From: a virus
DNA length: 60,976 nt
Strand: one strand, 5' to 3'
UHGV virus genome: UHGV-1377268
This document shows positions 38,544-47,804 of the stretch, piece by piece. A model generated the notes under the pieces. That model had not been told where the DNA came from and made no database searches. It saw only the letters and a program-made list of their open reading frames with translations. How positions within the stretch are numbered: the first letter of the stretch is position 1; the number at the start of each line of letters is the position of its first letter. The position numbers and the translations under genes were made by a program.

Positions 38544-38738
38544 ATGAGCGGATTACTCGGAAAAATAGTAGTAACCGTGATTGTTTGCGCACTTATTTAT
38601 TTGTTTATCACCCATGTTGTCATTCCACTGGTGTTACGTTCGAAAAGAGAATGGCATATGTACGTGATCGTTCTGGTTGGTGTATTTCTCCCGACTATCG
38701 TTTTGTATTACTTAGTAGCTAACGTGTGGGGGTTATGA
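38544..38738 (+). CDS. small membrane protein
   Basis: 64 aa with two TMDs. Confidence 0.4.
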   Translation: MSGLLGKIVVTVIVCALIYLFITHVVIPLVLRSKREWHMYVIVLVGVFLPTIVLYYLVANVWGL

Positions 38739-38929
38739 TGGCTAACACTGACGGAAAATTAGTGGTGATGGTTTCTATACCTGTAACGGAATATATCGAA
38801 CTGAAACACGCGCTTCAAACGGTCCTCAACACGTTTGGACGTACCGATGGTGTTTGTGTAACGACGCAGACAAAGCAGCACGTTCTGCATGAGATCCGCG
38901 AACTGCTGGAGCGGCTTGAACATGAATAG
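38726..38929 (+). CDS. hypothetical protein
   Basis: 67 aa ORF overlapping the upstream gene. Confidence 0.35.
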   Translation: MGVMMANTDGKLVVMVSIPVTEYIELKHALQTVLNTFGRTDGVCVTTQTKQHVLHEIRELLERLEHE

Positions 38930-39104
38930 CACACCCTGGCGTTTCCTCCTGACACCTGATGATATGGACACGATCACCGCGTACAGTGTTCAGCCGCGTT
39001 GTGCTCTGTTATCACAGTATGCGTCGTTGTTCATGATGCGCTCATGGCAGATCGTGCAAAACACGCTGAACAAAATTGAATACCAGTCAAAGAGAGGTTA
39101 CTGA
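38922..39104 (+). CDS. hypothetical protein
   Basis: 60 aa starting MNSTPW; ATG overlaps the upstream stop. Confidence 0.3.
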   Translation: MNSTPWRFLLTPDDMDTITAYSVQPRCALLSQYASLFMMRSWQIVQNTLNKIEYQSKRGY

Positions 39105-39278
39105 ATGTCTTACATCTCAGAATTAATTGACGAAATGGATGCCAGTATTTTCAATGGTGATGTATTACTGGATAAAGATGAACTGGAAAACTTCAAATAT
39201 CATTTAGAACGCTGGTCAAAACGTGTTCCGGTAATGGAAGAAATTATTAAGGAGTGTGAAAACGATGCCTGTAGTTAG
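39105..39278 (+). CDS. hypothetical small acidic protein
   Basis: 57 aa ORF with a GAGAGG RBS. Confidence 0.3.
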   Translation: MSYISELIDEMDASIFNGDVLLDKDELENFKYHLERWSKRVPVMEEIIKECENDACS

Positions 39279-39483
39279 CGGATATTCAATGGACCTTTAC
39301 TGTGATTGTCGAATGTGTAAGCAACCCAGAGGTTCATTTTGCACAACTAAAGTTACCGTATTCGCTGGTGAAAACTTTCGCGATTGTCTGAAACAAGCGA
39401 AGCACGCCGGATGGGTTTTCAAAGAACGTAATACGGTATGCTTCGCACCTGGTCACGGGGTAATTAAACATGAACTTTGTTAA
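39265..39483 (+). CDS. hypothetical Cys-rich protein
   Basis: 72 aa ORF with an AAGGAG RBS. Confidence 0.4.
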   Translation: MPVVSGYSMDLYCDCRMCKQPRGSFCTTKVTVFAGENFRDCLKQAKHAGWVFKERNTVCFAPGHGVIKHELC

Positions 39484-39625
39484 GCGTCTTTTTTGCAAAC
39501 ATCAGTGGTATCTGTTCAGAACCATTCACGGGGATGAACGCAACTACGCGACTGAAGAACACCGTTGTAAACTGTGCGGTAAACATCGCTATTCCGGCTG
39601 TAATTTTAAGGTACACAAACTATGA
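39470..39625 (+). CDS. hypothetical small Zn-ribbon-like protein
   Basis: 51 aa with CKH..C..C..C motifs; start and stop overlap neighbours. Confidence 0.25.
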   Translation: MNFVKRLFCKHQWYLFRTIHGDERNYATEEHRCKLCGKHRYSGCNFKVHKL

Positions 39626-40095
39626 AAGACAATCGTTACGAATTGGCTGAACGACACGGTATGTCGAAAGAATTTATTGACTGGTTTTTCGACAAGAAAA
39701 AGAATGATTGCGGAAACCTCTGGTTTATGACGATGGCTGTAATGTGGGAAGGCTGGAAAGCCAGCCGGGAACAGTTAGTAGTTGAGTTGCCGGAAGGTGC
39801 ACAAACTATGAACTATCGTGACCAGTTCGAGGAAAGTTATTCAAAGACCTATGGAACACCAAAACGTGTTCTTGAAAGTTTACGTTATAACGATACGTAT
39901 CACGTAACAGATGGTGATCGTGTTGATATAGCCTGGCGCATGTGGAAAGCCAGCCGGGAAGAACTGGTGATTAAGCTGATACCAGATATCAACCCTTTGA
40001 TGTTCAATAACGATGTTGTATTTGGTTATCAGAAAGCGAAAAACGAAGTGATCGAAGTACTCAAAACTGCTGGTATCACTGTTAAATCAGATTAA
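39622..40095 (+). CDS. hypothetical protein with an internal duplicated motif (MWEGWKASREQLVVEL / WRMWKASREELVIKL)
   Basis: 157 aa ORF with an ATGA overlap. Confidence 0.4.
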   Translation: MKDNRYELAERHGMSKEFIDWFFDKKKNDCGNLWFMTMAVMWEGWKASREQLVVELPEGAQTMNYRDQFEESYSKTYGTPKRVLESLRYNDTYHVTDGDRVDIAWRMWKASREELVIKLIPDINPLMFNNDVVFGYQKAKNEVIEVLKTAGITVKSD

Positions 40096-40153
40096 CCCCA
40101 TAGCCACCCCGGAAATCCGCACTACTCTGGGGGAAACACTGGAGGGTGCGGAA

Positions 40154-40360
40154 ATGTTCAGATTCGTTTTAAAACTTTTAGCAATAATGGTTGCATGGTT
40201 CGTCGTACAGTCTGCGTATGACTTACGTGTTCGCAGCCAATGCACCGATTATCAACGGATTACCCAGACTACTACCGTTTACAGCAACGGTATCTGTTAC
40301 GCGATAGACAGTACGGGACGGTTTAAAATAATTCTTGACGGATTACGAATTATCAAATAG
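40154..40360 (+). CDS. membrane protein (N-terminal TMD)
   Basis: 68 aa ORF with a GGAGGG RBS. Confidence 0.4.
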   Translation: MFRFVLKLLAIMVAWFVVQSAYDLRVRSQCTDYQRITQTTTVYSNGICYAIDSTGRFKIILDGLRIIK

Positions 40361-40367
40361 ACTTTTG
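40324..40367 (+). promoter_or_regulatory. sigma70 promoter, family copy
   Basis: -35 TTGACG 40335-40, 17-bp spacer, -10 TAGACT 40358-63. Confidence 0.55.
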
Positions 40368-40397
40368 GTTGTGTACAAACAACCCGGAGTCAACAGA

Positions 40398-40670
40398 ATG
40401 TCTATCTATCATGTTGGTCAACATGTGGAAATCACCAACCCACAACTAATCGACGTCCTCGCACGGCGCAAAACAAAACCTTTCGGCCAGATTGTCGCCA
40501 TCGACCCACAAGCTGAATACCCCGTAAAAGTTCGCATCACAGACGATACGGGGTTTCAAATCCCCTTCCTGTTCAACGGTGAACAGTGCGATTACACCTT
40601 TTCTTTCACCTGGTCCGGGCAGCACGATCACCGCAGCCTGTCGCCTGATTTCGCGGTGCTGAACGTATGA
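40398..40670 (+). CDS. hypothetical protein
   Basis: 90 aa from MSIYHVGQ with a GGAG RBS. Confidence 0.4.
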   Translation: MSIYHVGQHVEITNPQLIDVLARRKTKPFGQIVAIDPQAEYPVKVRITDDTGFQIPFLFNGEQCDYTFSFTWSGQHDHRSLSPDFAVLNV

Positions 40671-40834
40671 AAATTGCTCTGTTATCCCACTTCATCAGCC
40701 TGTTTAGTGCTGGTCAAAAACTGTGGATCGAACCACCGCAGGTTACCCAACAGTTACCAACCAAACAGCCGCACCGTAAAACTGGTGTTGCACAGTCCCG
40801 GCGCGATGCACGGAAAAGAAGGAACCGGAAATGA
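40667..40834 (+). CDS. hypothetical small basic protein
   Basis: 55 aa; ATGA overlaps at both ends, forming a translational-coupling chain. Confidence 0.25.
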   Translation: MKIALLSHFISLFSAGQKLWIEPPQVTQQLPTKQPHRKTGVAQSRRDARKRRNRK

Positions 40835-40977
40835 TGTGGTTAATTTCAAAACTACCATCATGGGTTATCGCTGTTTTACCGTGGGTAGTCGGTATTGGCG
40901 GTTTGCTATTCATCATTAGTTTGTTGATGGCTCTTACAGACCTGACAAATGAATTAGTAAGGCAATGGCTATCATGA
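40831..40977 (+). CDS. small membrane protein
   Basis: 48 aa (MMWLISKLPSWVIAVLPWVVGIGGLLFIISLL..) with ATGA coupling. Confidence 0.3.
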   Translation: MMWLISKLPSWVIAVLPWVVGIGGLLFIISLLMALTDLTNELVRQWLS

Positions 40978-41312
40978 AACGTTTCGATTGGTCGCCCACG
41001 GTTGAACTTGAACCGGGCGTAACTTACATCCCTGCAGCGGTTGATGATAACGGTCGTGAACGGATGATTAACTGCCGCTGCAGAACTGTACCAATTATTA
41101 AAGAGGATATTGAAGTGAAATTATCAGAAGCACTGGCACGCCAGCGTGAAATTAAGCGTCTGACAGATGAACTGAACGTAGCGATAAACGATGCTGTTAC
41201 TAACGGTATGTCTATTGAAGTTGACGTAATCGAATATCAAACATTATCAACTGCTGGTAGTACACCGAAAATCGAAACAACCATTAAAATTAACCCACAG
41301 GACATCGACTAA
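40974..41312 (+). CDS. hypothetical protein
   Basis: 112 aa from MKRFDW; ATG overlaps the upstream TGA. Confidence 0.4.
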   Translation: MKRFDWSPTVELEPGVTYIPAAVDDNGRERMINCRCRTVPIIKEDIEVKLSEALARQREIKRLTDELNVAINDAVTNGMSIEVDVIEYQTLSTAGSTPKIETTIKINPQDID

Positions 41313-41314
41313 TT

Positions 41315-41518
41315 ATGAAACTCTTTAAAATTCACCACATGAAGCAAGTAGGTGTAAAACATCATGTACCGTGGATAAGCGATGAATTATCGTTGTTAGA
41401 AATTGCACGATGCACTGATTATGTCGACTGGACACATGACCAATTTGATAAGATTTCAGAAATGAAAATCGGTGAAAAACTGAACTTTGATGGGGTCACG
41501 GTTGAACGTGATGCCTAA
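41315..41518 (+). CDS. hypothetical protein
   Basis: 67 aa ORF in the 40398-41518 overlap-coupled gene chain. Confidence 0.35.
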   Translation: MKLFKIHHMKQVGVKHHVPWISDELSLLEIARCTDYVDWTHDQFDKISEMKIGEKLNFDGVTVERDA

Positions 41519-41593
41519 CCAGATTGGTTTACTTTTCAGATAGTCAACCAAAACGATTGACTATCTGAATCACAACTTTAAACAGGAATAATT

Positions 41594-42508
41594 ATGAACT
41601 TCTTCAAAAACGCAATTATCTACCGTATCAGCAACCCTATGTCACTGATGGCACAACTGGCGACCATCGAACAACAGTTGCTACCGTTCCAGTTTACGCC
41701 GTGCGGCTCCCAGGATACGGCACGCACTGGATGGGTTCCGGCGACTGCTTTCAGCCAGACCCTGGCGCATCGATCGCACACTCAGTATCTGTTAACCGTG
41801 CAACGTCAGGAAAAGATCCTGCCTGGCCCGGTCATTAAACAGGAACTGAACGCGCGTATTGCGAAACTGGAAAGTGAACAGGGTCGTAAACTGAAGAAAA
41901 CAGAGAAAGACAGTCTGAAAGATGAAGTGTTGCATTCGTTATTACCACGGGCATTCACCAAAGACAGCCGCACGCAGTTGTGGATCGATGTTATGAGCGG
42001 TCTGATTGTTGTCGATGCGTCCAGCGCTCGCAAAGCTGAAGATGCACTGGCGCTGCTGCGTAAAAGTCTGGGTAGCCTCCCGGTTATCCCGCTGACCATT
42101 GAAAATCCTGTTGAACTGACGATGACTGAATGGGTACGGTCCGGCAACGCACCTTCAGGTTTCGCGATCGGTGACGCGGCGGAACTGAAAGCGATCCTGG
42201 CTGATGGTGGTATTGCCCGCGTTAAGAAGCAGGATCTGGTAAGCGATGAAATCGCAACGCACATCGAAGCCGGGAAACTGATTACTAAACTGGCGCTGGA
42301 CTGGCAACAGCGGGTTACGTTCACGCTGACTAATGACGCGATTTTAACGCGCCTGAAATTCTGCGACGAACTGATCGACCAGAACGATGATATCGATCGC
42401 GAAGATGTGTTAGCGCGGTTCGACGCTGATTTTACACTGATGACAGGTGAACTTTCAGCGCTGATCAAACAGCTTGTAACCGCTCTGGGTGGGGAGGCTC
42501 AACGATGA
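41594..42508 (+). CDS. rdgC: recombination-associated protein RdgC
   Basis: Collinear match to enterobacterial RdgC hallmarks ([75 protein letters not shown]). Confidence 0.8.
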   Translation: MNFFKNAIIYRISNPMSLMAQLATIEQQLLPFQFTPCGSQDTARTGWVPATAFSQTLAHRSHTQYLLTVQRQEKILPGPVIKQELNARIAKLESEQGRKLKKTEKDSLKDEVLHSLLPRAFTKDSRTQLWIDVMSGLIVVDASSARKAEDALALLRKSLGSLPVIPLTIENPVELTMTEWVRSGNAPSGFAIGDAAELKAILADGGIARVKKQDLVSDEIATHIEAGKLITKLALDWQQRVTFTLTNDAILTRLKFCDELIDQNDDIDREDVLARFDADFTLMTGELSALIKQLVTALGGEAQR

Positions 42509-42675
42509 CTACCTATGACGGCGTACCCGTGAAAATCATCAACCACAATGATCGTGGTGATGTGGAGCTGGAAGTAATCGAAAAGATGCCGTGGAATGCT
42601 TCTCCGAATATTGGTGACCGTTTCTGGATCCCTTGTAATGATAAATATTTAAAGGTGAATGATCATGGCGATTGA
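42505..42675 (+). CDS. hypothetical small protein
   Basis: 56 aa ORF with an ATGA overlap onto rdgC. Confidence 0.25.
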   Translation: MTTYDGVPVKIINHNDRGDVELEVIEKMPWNASPNIGDRFWIPCNDKYLKVNDHGD

Positions 42676-42786
42676 AAAACTAACTTTAACAATCAGAACA
42701 AAATGGTACACGGGTTTGTTTCTGGTGATCGGACGTGTGACAGGTATTTATTGGTTTATAAAACACAGCGTGAGGATTAGCACACG

Positions 42787-43119
42787 ATGAAAACAGAACA
42801 GGAACGCATTATTCAGTGGTTATGCTCTGGTGAAACAGGTCTGAGTTCTAAGACGATGGTTTGTATCCACACGGGTAATGAAATGGATCAGGGTTGGGGT
42901 TTCCGTCCACCGTCTGATGTTGCAGATTTTCGCCGCTGCTGGTTCTTAGTTGAATCTGTACCAGAAATCAGAAACAGTTTTCCGTTAATTGCAAAACGTT
43001 GCCCAGCGTTTAAAGGTGTGATTGAAAACTGGGACACAATCAGCGCGGCTTACGAACGTGAACGCGGTGCGGGTAACTGTCCTGAAACGTATCGGTTACT
43101 GAAAGAAAGTTTAAAATAA
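42787..43119 (+). CDS. hypothetical protein
   Basis: 110 aa ORF; its 3' end encodes the next promoter copy. Confidence 0.4.
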   Translation: MKTEQERIIQWLCSGETGLSSKTMVCIHTGNEMDQGWGFRPPSDVADFRRCWFLVESVPEIRNSFPLIAKRCPAFKGVIENWDTISAAYERERGAGNCPETYRLLKESLK

Positions 43120-43155
43120 TTCTTGACGGATTACACAGGGACGTGTATTATCTTC
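43112..43155 (+). promoter_or_regulatory. sigma70 promoter, family copy
   Basis: -35 TTGACG 43123-28, 17-bp spacer, -10 TATTAT 43146-51. Confidence 0.55.
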
Positions 43156-43187
43156 ACATAGACAACGAATTGTGAGGAACCGAAAAA

Positions 43188-43346
43188 ATGACTAATAATT
43201 TCGCTAAAGAATGTCGTGAAGAAGTTAAATATTATCGTGGGCGTGCAGCAGACGCTAAACGAAATGGCTTTAACATCGCTCGATTAACGTATGTGAAAGC
43301 CGCATTAATTAATCGTTTAAATGCCCGTAAATGGGAAAACTCATAA
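43188..43346 (+). CDS. hypothetical small protein
   Basis: 52 aa ORF with a GAGGAA RBS. Confidence 0.3.
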   Translation: MTNNFAKECREEVKYYRGRAADAKRNGFNIARLTYVKAALINRLNARKWENS

Positions 43347-43349
43347 AAC

Positions 43350-43369
43350 GCCCCGTAAGGGGCTTTCTT
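43350..43369 (+). terminator. rho-independent terminator
   Basis: gcccc-gtaa-ggggc followed by tttctt. Confidence 0.6.
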
Positions 43370-43432
43370 ACGCCACCATGTACCATAGCACTACCCGCCC
43401 TTAGATAGTCAAAACGCAAACGGTTGCAGGCG

Positions 43433-44068
43433 TTATTTCAACGCCTTCTGATACAACTGTGCAATATCTTCAATGCTGGCACCGTCTGGCACCGTCTGGA
43501 CCAGATTACCAACCGCCCCTGACAGTTCCACACGCTCAACGCTGTTCCCGGTGATTTTATCCAGGTTCTCCGATGCTTTCGCCCGCGTCTTGGGATCGAA
43601 CAGTTCACGCGTTTCCAGCGTGTACCCGCCCAACAGATAACGTTTGTAACGCACCACGTATTGCTGCAGGTGGTTCGGGATATCGTCAGTGCTGTTCACC
43701 CACAGGTGTTTGCATTCGTCATCGTCAGTGCCGGGGATCACTACACGTTTGCAAAACGGCTCCAGTAATTCTTCAGCGGTACTTGCCGCACGCTTCCACC
43801 ATTCGACACGAGACGATAACGATTCACCGACAGATTCCAGTGCATGACTTCCCATTGCGTCGAGGTAGTTCAACACCTTCGTATTCGACAGCAGACGGTG
43901 TGCGGTCACTTGTGCCGCGTTTAAATCTTTATGGCCGGGGTAAGCCTCTAAAACGCACTGTGCATTACTCAGACCGTTATTTGCGCGATCTAGCCACAGA
44001 TTAGCGAATCTGAGTTGGTCTGTTGTTAATTCCAGACTGGCACGTTTCGCACGATCTGAAATTTTCAT
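43433..44068 (-). CDS. terS: terminase small subunit
   Basis: N-terminal HTH-like region LTTDQLRFANLWLDRANNGLSNAQCVLEAY.. fits the small-terminase pattern; separated from terL by a plus-strand island. Confidence 0.55.
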   Translation of the reverse strand: MKISDRAKRASLELTTDQLRFANLWLDRANNGLSNAQCVLEAYPGHKDLNAAQVTAHRLLSNTKVLNYLDAMGSHALESVGESLSSRVEWWKRAASTAEELLEPFCKRVVIPGTDDDECKHLWVNSTDDIPNHLQQYVVRYKRYLLGGYTLETRELFDPKTRAKASENLDKITGNSVERVELSGAVGNLVQTVPDGASIEDIAQLYQKALK

Positions 44069-44533
44069 AAGCTAGTTTCCTCTTACCATTTTGGTTAATT
44101 TTGCACAATTTATCACGGATTGTCTACAACATACTTTAAGTCGTTGATAACATTGAAAATCATAGATAGTATGGTATTTTCCTATAACTTTTTAATCCCT
44201 CCTAGTTTACCTTGTTTCAGCTTACCAGTTTAACTAGCCTAACTATACCTACTTTATAATTTCTTATATATCTATACTATCTATACTATCTATACTATAA
44301 AAAGATAAATAACTAATATATAAGGATTTTTAGTTTCAGCTTACCAGATGTGCTTGGATAGTTTACATAGAACTTTAGCAATCTATGTTTCAGCTTACCA
44401 GTTGTAACAAGGTTTCTCTTTCATCCTACCAGATATAACAAGGCCAACTTTGATCCTGTTGCATATAAGAGTTGTACTTGTTTCATATAAGGCGTAAACT
44501 TGACCTAATCACATCTGGTAAGGTGTAACAACA
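44069..44533. repeat. iteron-rich AT-rich intergenic region B (paralog of region A)
   Basis: (ctatactat)x3-4 direct repeats, 3x gtttcagcttaccag plus tcatcctaccag, and tttataatttcttatata shared with region A. Confidence 0.6.
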
Positions 44534-45469
44534 ATGAATTTATTCGATAAGTTTGCTCGTCACTTTAGTTCAGCAGACAACGCTGTAAATTATCTGAACA
44601 TGATGGGTTGCAACGTAAACAAGGGTCGTTTTACGGAATGGATGACAGGAAAACGGCTACCACGGGCAGAAACGTTAAATCTAATCCTCAGTACGGTAAC
44701 GGGCGGGGAACTGGATCTGAACCCCGTGGTCATCACCACACAACCGCCAGCGCAGCTGCATGTACTGAACAAAAGCGTCAGCGTTGATACCCTGCGTGCG
44801 GCGTTGCCTCATCGTCGGTTCAGCAATAATTATTTTCAGCAGTTGCGGATGGTGGATAAGGAAGTTGAACAGGTGATCTACGGCTATGACGTCTGGGAAC
44901 GGTTCAGGGATCAGTGTGGCGGGACATTTAAGGCGGTTGACGTGCTGCGTAACGCCGGACTGAATCGCCGGGTCACTGAATCATGGGTACTGAACCGGAT
45001 CGACAGCGGCTGGTATCCTGACGTTCTGAACTATATGGACGGCGTGATACGCGACGGTTTACCACAGGCAGAACCAGACGCAACACCACGGGTAATGAGT
45101 CAAAAGGATGTAGTGATCCGCTATGGCTTCGACGTCTGGAAACGGTTTGAAACGCTGTGCGGCAACTTCAATAACGCGCTGTACACTCTGCGCCGGAACA
45201 CCACCGGATACAACATTACGGAAAACTGGTTACACAATCATATCGGGCGGGAATGGCCTTCTGATGTGCTTGATGTAATGGTGACGCTGACAGAGCGTTA
45301 TGAAGGGACAGGCACGCTGTTTAACGCAATGACCACACAGGCTACGGTAACGCCGGAGATCCGCGAATACGTTCGACCGTTCGCCATGATGATGAACCCC
45401 CAGTGTGATTTTAACGCGTTCCCGGATGATGTGATTATGCAGTTTTACACGGATATGCAGCGGGGTTGA
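44534..45469 (+). CDS. hypothetical protein with ~60-aa internal tandem repeat
   Basis: YGYDVWERFRDQCGGTF..NRIDSGWYPDVLNYMD repeated as YGFDVWKRFETLCGNF..NHIGREWPSDVLDVM. Confidence 0.45.
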   Translation: MNLFDKFARHFSSADNAVNYLNMMGCNVNKGRFTEWMTGKRLPRAETLNLILSTVTGGELDLNPVVITTQPPAQLHVLNKSVSVDTLRAALPHRRFSNNYFQQLRMVDKEVEQVIYGYDVWERFRDQCGGTFKAVDVLRNAGLNRRVTESWVLNRIDSGWYPDVLNYMDGVIRDGLPQAEPDATPRVMSQKDVVIRYGFDVWKRFETLCGNFNNALYTLRRNTTGYNITENWLHNHIGREWPSDVLDVMVTLTERYEGTGTLFNAMTTQATVTPEIREYVRPFAMMMNPQCDFNAFPDDVIMQFYTDMQRG

Positions 45470-45485
45470 GCGCCCCGCCAGCAGT

Positions 45486-45803
45486 TCAGAAGGGATGACA
45501 GTTTGTTGCAGATAAGGTGATCAGCGTTTCTTTCGCGGTGTAGTTGCCGTTGTCTTTTACGAACATCCGTTTACCGTCTTTCGACTTGCCAAACCCGTAG
45601 CGGTTGAGTTTCAGGCTCCAGCTTGTCAGATCGCTGGTCATCACCACGAACCGATCCACATCATCAACCACAGTTGCACCACCAGGCCGCATAATGCTGT
45701 CCGTTGAGTTCAGCCGGGTGATTGTCAGGTCACAGCGTTTTAACTCCGCACCATTCACCGCAGCAGCGAGCGCAAGAGTCGTCAGTAATATCAGTCGTTT
45801 CAT
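45486..45803 (-). CDS. secreted/periplasmic protein (signal peptide)
   Basis: MKRLILLTTLALAAAVNGAEL.. signal-peptide-like N-terminus. Confidence 0.4.
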   Translation of the reverse strand: MKRLILLTTLALAAAVNGAELKRCDLTITRLNSTDSIMRPGGATVVDDVDRFVVMTSDLTSWSLKLNRYGFGKSKDGKRMFVKDNGNYTAKETLITLSATNCHPF

Positions 45804-46030
45804 GGTCTGCTCACCTCAACTGATAATGTAAGAGTCTCCCCGGTAACGAGTTGGCAACTGTAACTGTTACCCGTCTGATAGCAGTGTTCAGCAACGGCTT
45901 TGATCGCCATATCAGTAACGTCCTGCTTCCCGGCTAACCAGCGCCCGGACTGACCACCATTACTGGTTTCCATCGTACCGTAAAAGATACGACCTGACAG
46001 ACCAGACGCAGCCATATTTTTAATTTTCAT
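45800..46030 (-). CDS. hypothetical protein
   Basis: 76 aa ORF with an ATGA overlap downstream. Confidence 0.3.
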   Translation of the reverse strand: MKIKNMAASGLSGRIFYGTMETSNGGQSGRWLAGKQDVTDMAIKAVAEHCYQTGNSYSCQLVTGETLTLSVEVSRP

Positions 46031-46424
46031 CACGGATGCCCTCTGGTGGTATAAAGTTAATAGTCTGGTCACCTTCTTTAACCAGTCGGATCATCATTGC
46101 CAGATTATCGATGAGTTCATTTTCAAGTTTTGACCAATCACCGCGCCCTTCAGCATAATGAACAACTTCTTTAACCACTTCACCATGTTCTTCTGCAAGT
46201 TTTGCAAGAACATAATTAGGTTGCGGAAATTTCAACATTGCTTTTTCAGCACGGATGCGCGCAGCAAGTACCAGTCCGGCAAAATAATCTTCAGGATCTG
46301 GATCAACAATGGCATATAAAGAACGAACTTCATAACCATCGGTTTTTGCTCGTTCAATCATATCTTCACGAAGATCTAACCATGTACCACACTGGCTTTT
46401 GAACTGATATGCGTCTGCTTTCAT
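46020..46424 (-). CDS. MazG-like nucleotide pyrophosphohydrolase
   Basis: EEHGEVVKEVV..E.....ELIDNLAMMIRL matches the MazG EExGE ... ExxD helix pattern. Confidence 0.4.
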   Translation of the reverse strand: MKADAYQFKSQCGTWLDLREDMIERAKTDGYEVRSLYAIVDPDPEDYFAGLVLAARIRAEKAMLKFPQPNYVLAKLAEEHGEVVKEVVHYAEGRGDWSKLENELIDNLAMMIRLVKEGDQTINFIPPEGIRDEN

Positions 46425-46594
46425 CACAGATGTTCCTTAATATATTTAGCCAGTTTTTCACCCTTGTTCAGTTTCTGAATCAAAAGTGTATCAGCCAGCG
46501 CACAGGGTGGATTAACAACAATCCAGTTATTTTCAACAGTCAGTTTGTGACCTGCTGCCCGTAAACGTTTCACCAGTTTTTCGATCTCGTTCAT
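46424..46594 (-). CDS. hypothetical small protein
   Basis: 56 aa ORF with TGATG and ATGA overlaps. Confidence 0.25.
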   Translation of the reverse strand: MNEIEKLVKRLRAAGHKLTVENNWIVVNPPCALADTLLIQKLNKGEKLAKYIKEHL

Positions 46595-46842
46595 TTGTTT
46601 TTCCTTATCTCACTAACGGTTTTAGCCAGTAGATCGGCACATTCAGCGTAAGCTGTTACCACACGCCCACCACGTTCGGTTGACAGTTGCAGGAACAGAC
46701 CAGCCAGTTTATCAAGTGATTCGAGTTGTTGATCCACCCGTGATAATTTACGTACTAGGTATTCAGCGTTTGACTCATTAACTTTCATATCACCGGGTAC
46801 GCATTTACCACGAAGAAAACCTTCCATTTCAAATACGGTCAT
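46591..46842 (-). CDS. hypothetical protein
   Basis: 83 aa ORF in the overlap-coupled minus-strand chain 46424-48420. Confidence 0.4.
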   Translation of the reverse strand: MTVFEMEGFLRGKCVPGDMKVNESNAEYLVRKLSRVDQQLESLDKLAGLFLQLSTERGGRVVTAYAECADLLAKTVSEIRKNK

Positions 46843-47063
46843 AGTTTCACCCAGCCTTTAGACGAACTGATATTTGCAATCAGACCTTTTTTACGCAACG
46901 CTTGTAAACGGCGGTCAAGTACGCGAAAACCTTCATTTTTATGAACAGATAGTTCTTCGCTTTCTTTAAGAACATCGCCTGTAAAAAAGTCCCAGAATGG
47001 TTTCGGTTTTGAACCCAGCTGATTTAAAATCAACTGGTCGAGTTTTTCATATTTGTTAGTCAT
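46839..47063 (-). CDS. hypothetical protein
   Basis: 74 aa ORF in the same overlap-coupled chain. Confidence 0.4.
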   Translation of the reverse strand: MTNKYEKLDQLILNQLGSKPKPFWDFFTGDVLKESEELSVHKNEGFRVLDRRLQALRKKGLIANISSSKGWVKL

Positions 47064-47269
47064 GCGAACACCTTTTTAACAAATTGATAAAGTGGTACTA
47101 CGATTAAAACAATAATATACACAGGCCATAAAATCGCAATTAAAAACCAACATAATAATTTTAACTTCAAACCCGGATCTACATGGGGTTGAGGATTTAC
47201 TTTAGATTCGATAAAATCCAGCACTGCCTGCATTAAACCGATTATTAGATATACAAGTAAACCACTCAT
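47060..47269 (-). CDS. small membrane protein
   Basis: 69 aa with two TMDs and an AAGGAG RBS. Confidence 0.4.
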   Translation of the reverse strand: MSGLLVYLIIGLMQAVLDFIESKVNPQPHVDPGLKLKLLCWFLIAILWPVYIIVLIVVPLYQFVKKVFA

Positions 47270-47433
47270 TTCTTACTCCTTAGAAATTTAAAGCCCCATT
47301 TACCAATGCGTAATTCTTTTACATGCCCGCTACGTACTGAAAACGGTGTATATGAAGAACGATCGTTTGCGCAAAACCCATAACCAAAAATTCGCAACCA
47401 AAAACATTCTTTTGAGAAATACCACTGGATCAT
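47266..47433 (-). CDS. hypothetical small protein
   Basis: 55 aa ORF with ATGA coupling at both ends. Confidence 0.2.
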   Translation of the reverse strand: MIQWYFSKECFWLRIFGYGFCANDRSSYTPFSVRSGHVKELRIGKWGFKFLRSKK

Positions 47434-47588
47434 TTCTTACCACCCTTAATAAATTTGTTAACCCACTTGTTTTCATTAACGCTGGGAAAACTATTGCGAC
47501 CTTTGCAGGCTTTTTCTTCATCTGCTGTAAGCCGTATAAATTTAGACTTACACTGGATCGTACCGTAGTTGGGGTTATTTTCTGACAT
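47430..47588 (-). CDS. hypothetical small protein
   Basis: 52 aa ORF with a GGGAGG RBS. Confidence 0.25.
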   Translation of the reverse strand: MSENNPNYGTIQCKSKFIRLTADEEKACKGRNSFPSVNENKWVNKFIKGGKK

Positions 47589-47633
47589 GGTTAGCCTCCC
47601 GTGTGGCTTTGCGTTCTGCTGGGTATTTAGGCA

Positions 47634-47804
47634 TCAGTCCTCCCTCACAATAAGTTTGTAAGCAAGGGTCGCAACGATCTTTGGCCACGCCACAATGAAG
47701 AGCAGCAAGCACAGTATGTTATTCTTAATGCCAGTTGTTTCATCGGCTCTTGTTATTTGCGCCAAAATCCACAAAACAAGACCGATGGAGAAATACCATT
47801 CCAT
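47634..47804 (-). CDS. small membrane protein
   Basis: 56 aa with a GGAG RBS; TAATG overlap with the upstream gene. Confidence 0.25.
   Translation of the reverse strand: MEWYFSIGLVLWILAQITRADETTGIKNNILCLLLFIVAWPKIVATLAYKLIVRED

Noticed and set aside
40674-40919. ORF-track ORF 40674..40919
   Set aside because: Two shorter ORFs in the other frames (40667..40834 and 40831..40977) are linked by ATGA overlaps to both neighbours and carry RBSs. The 81-aa ORF cuts across both and is more likely spurious.
41806-42468. 220-aa minus-strand ORF opposite rdgC
   Set aside because: Antisense to a clearly conserved RdgC gene; the Ser/Arg-rich product makes it a shadow ORF.
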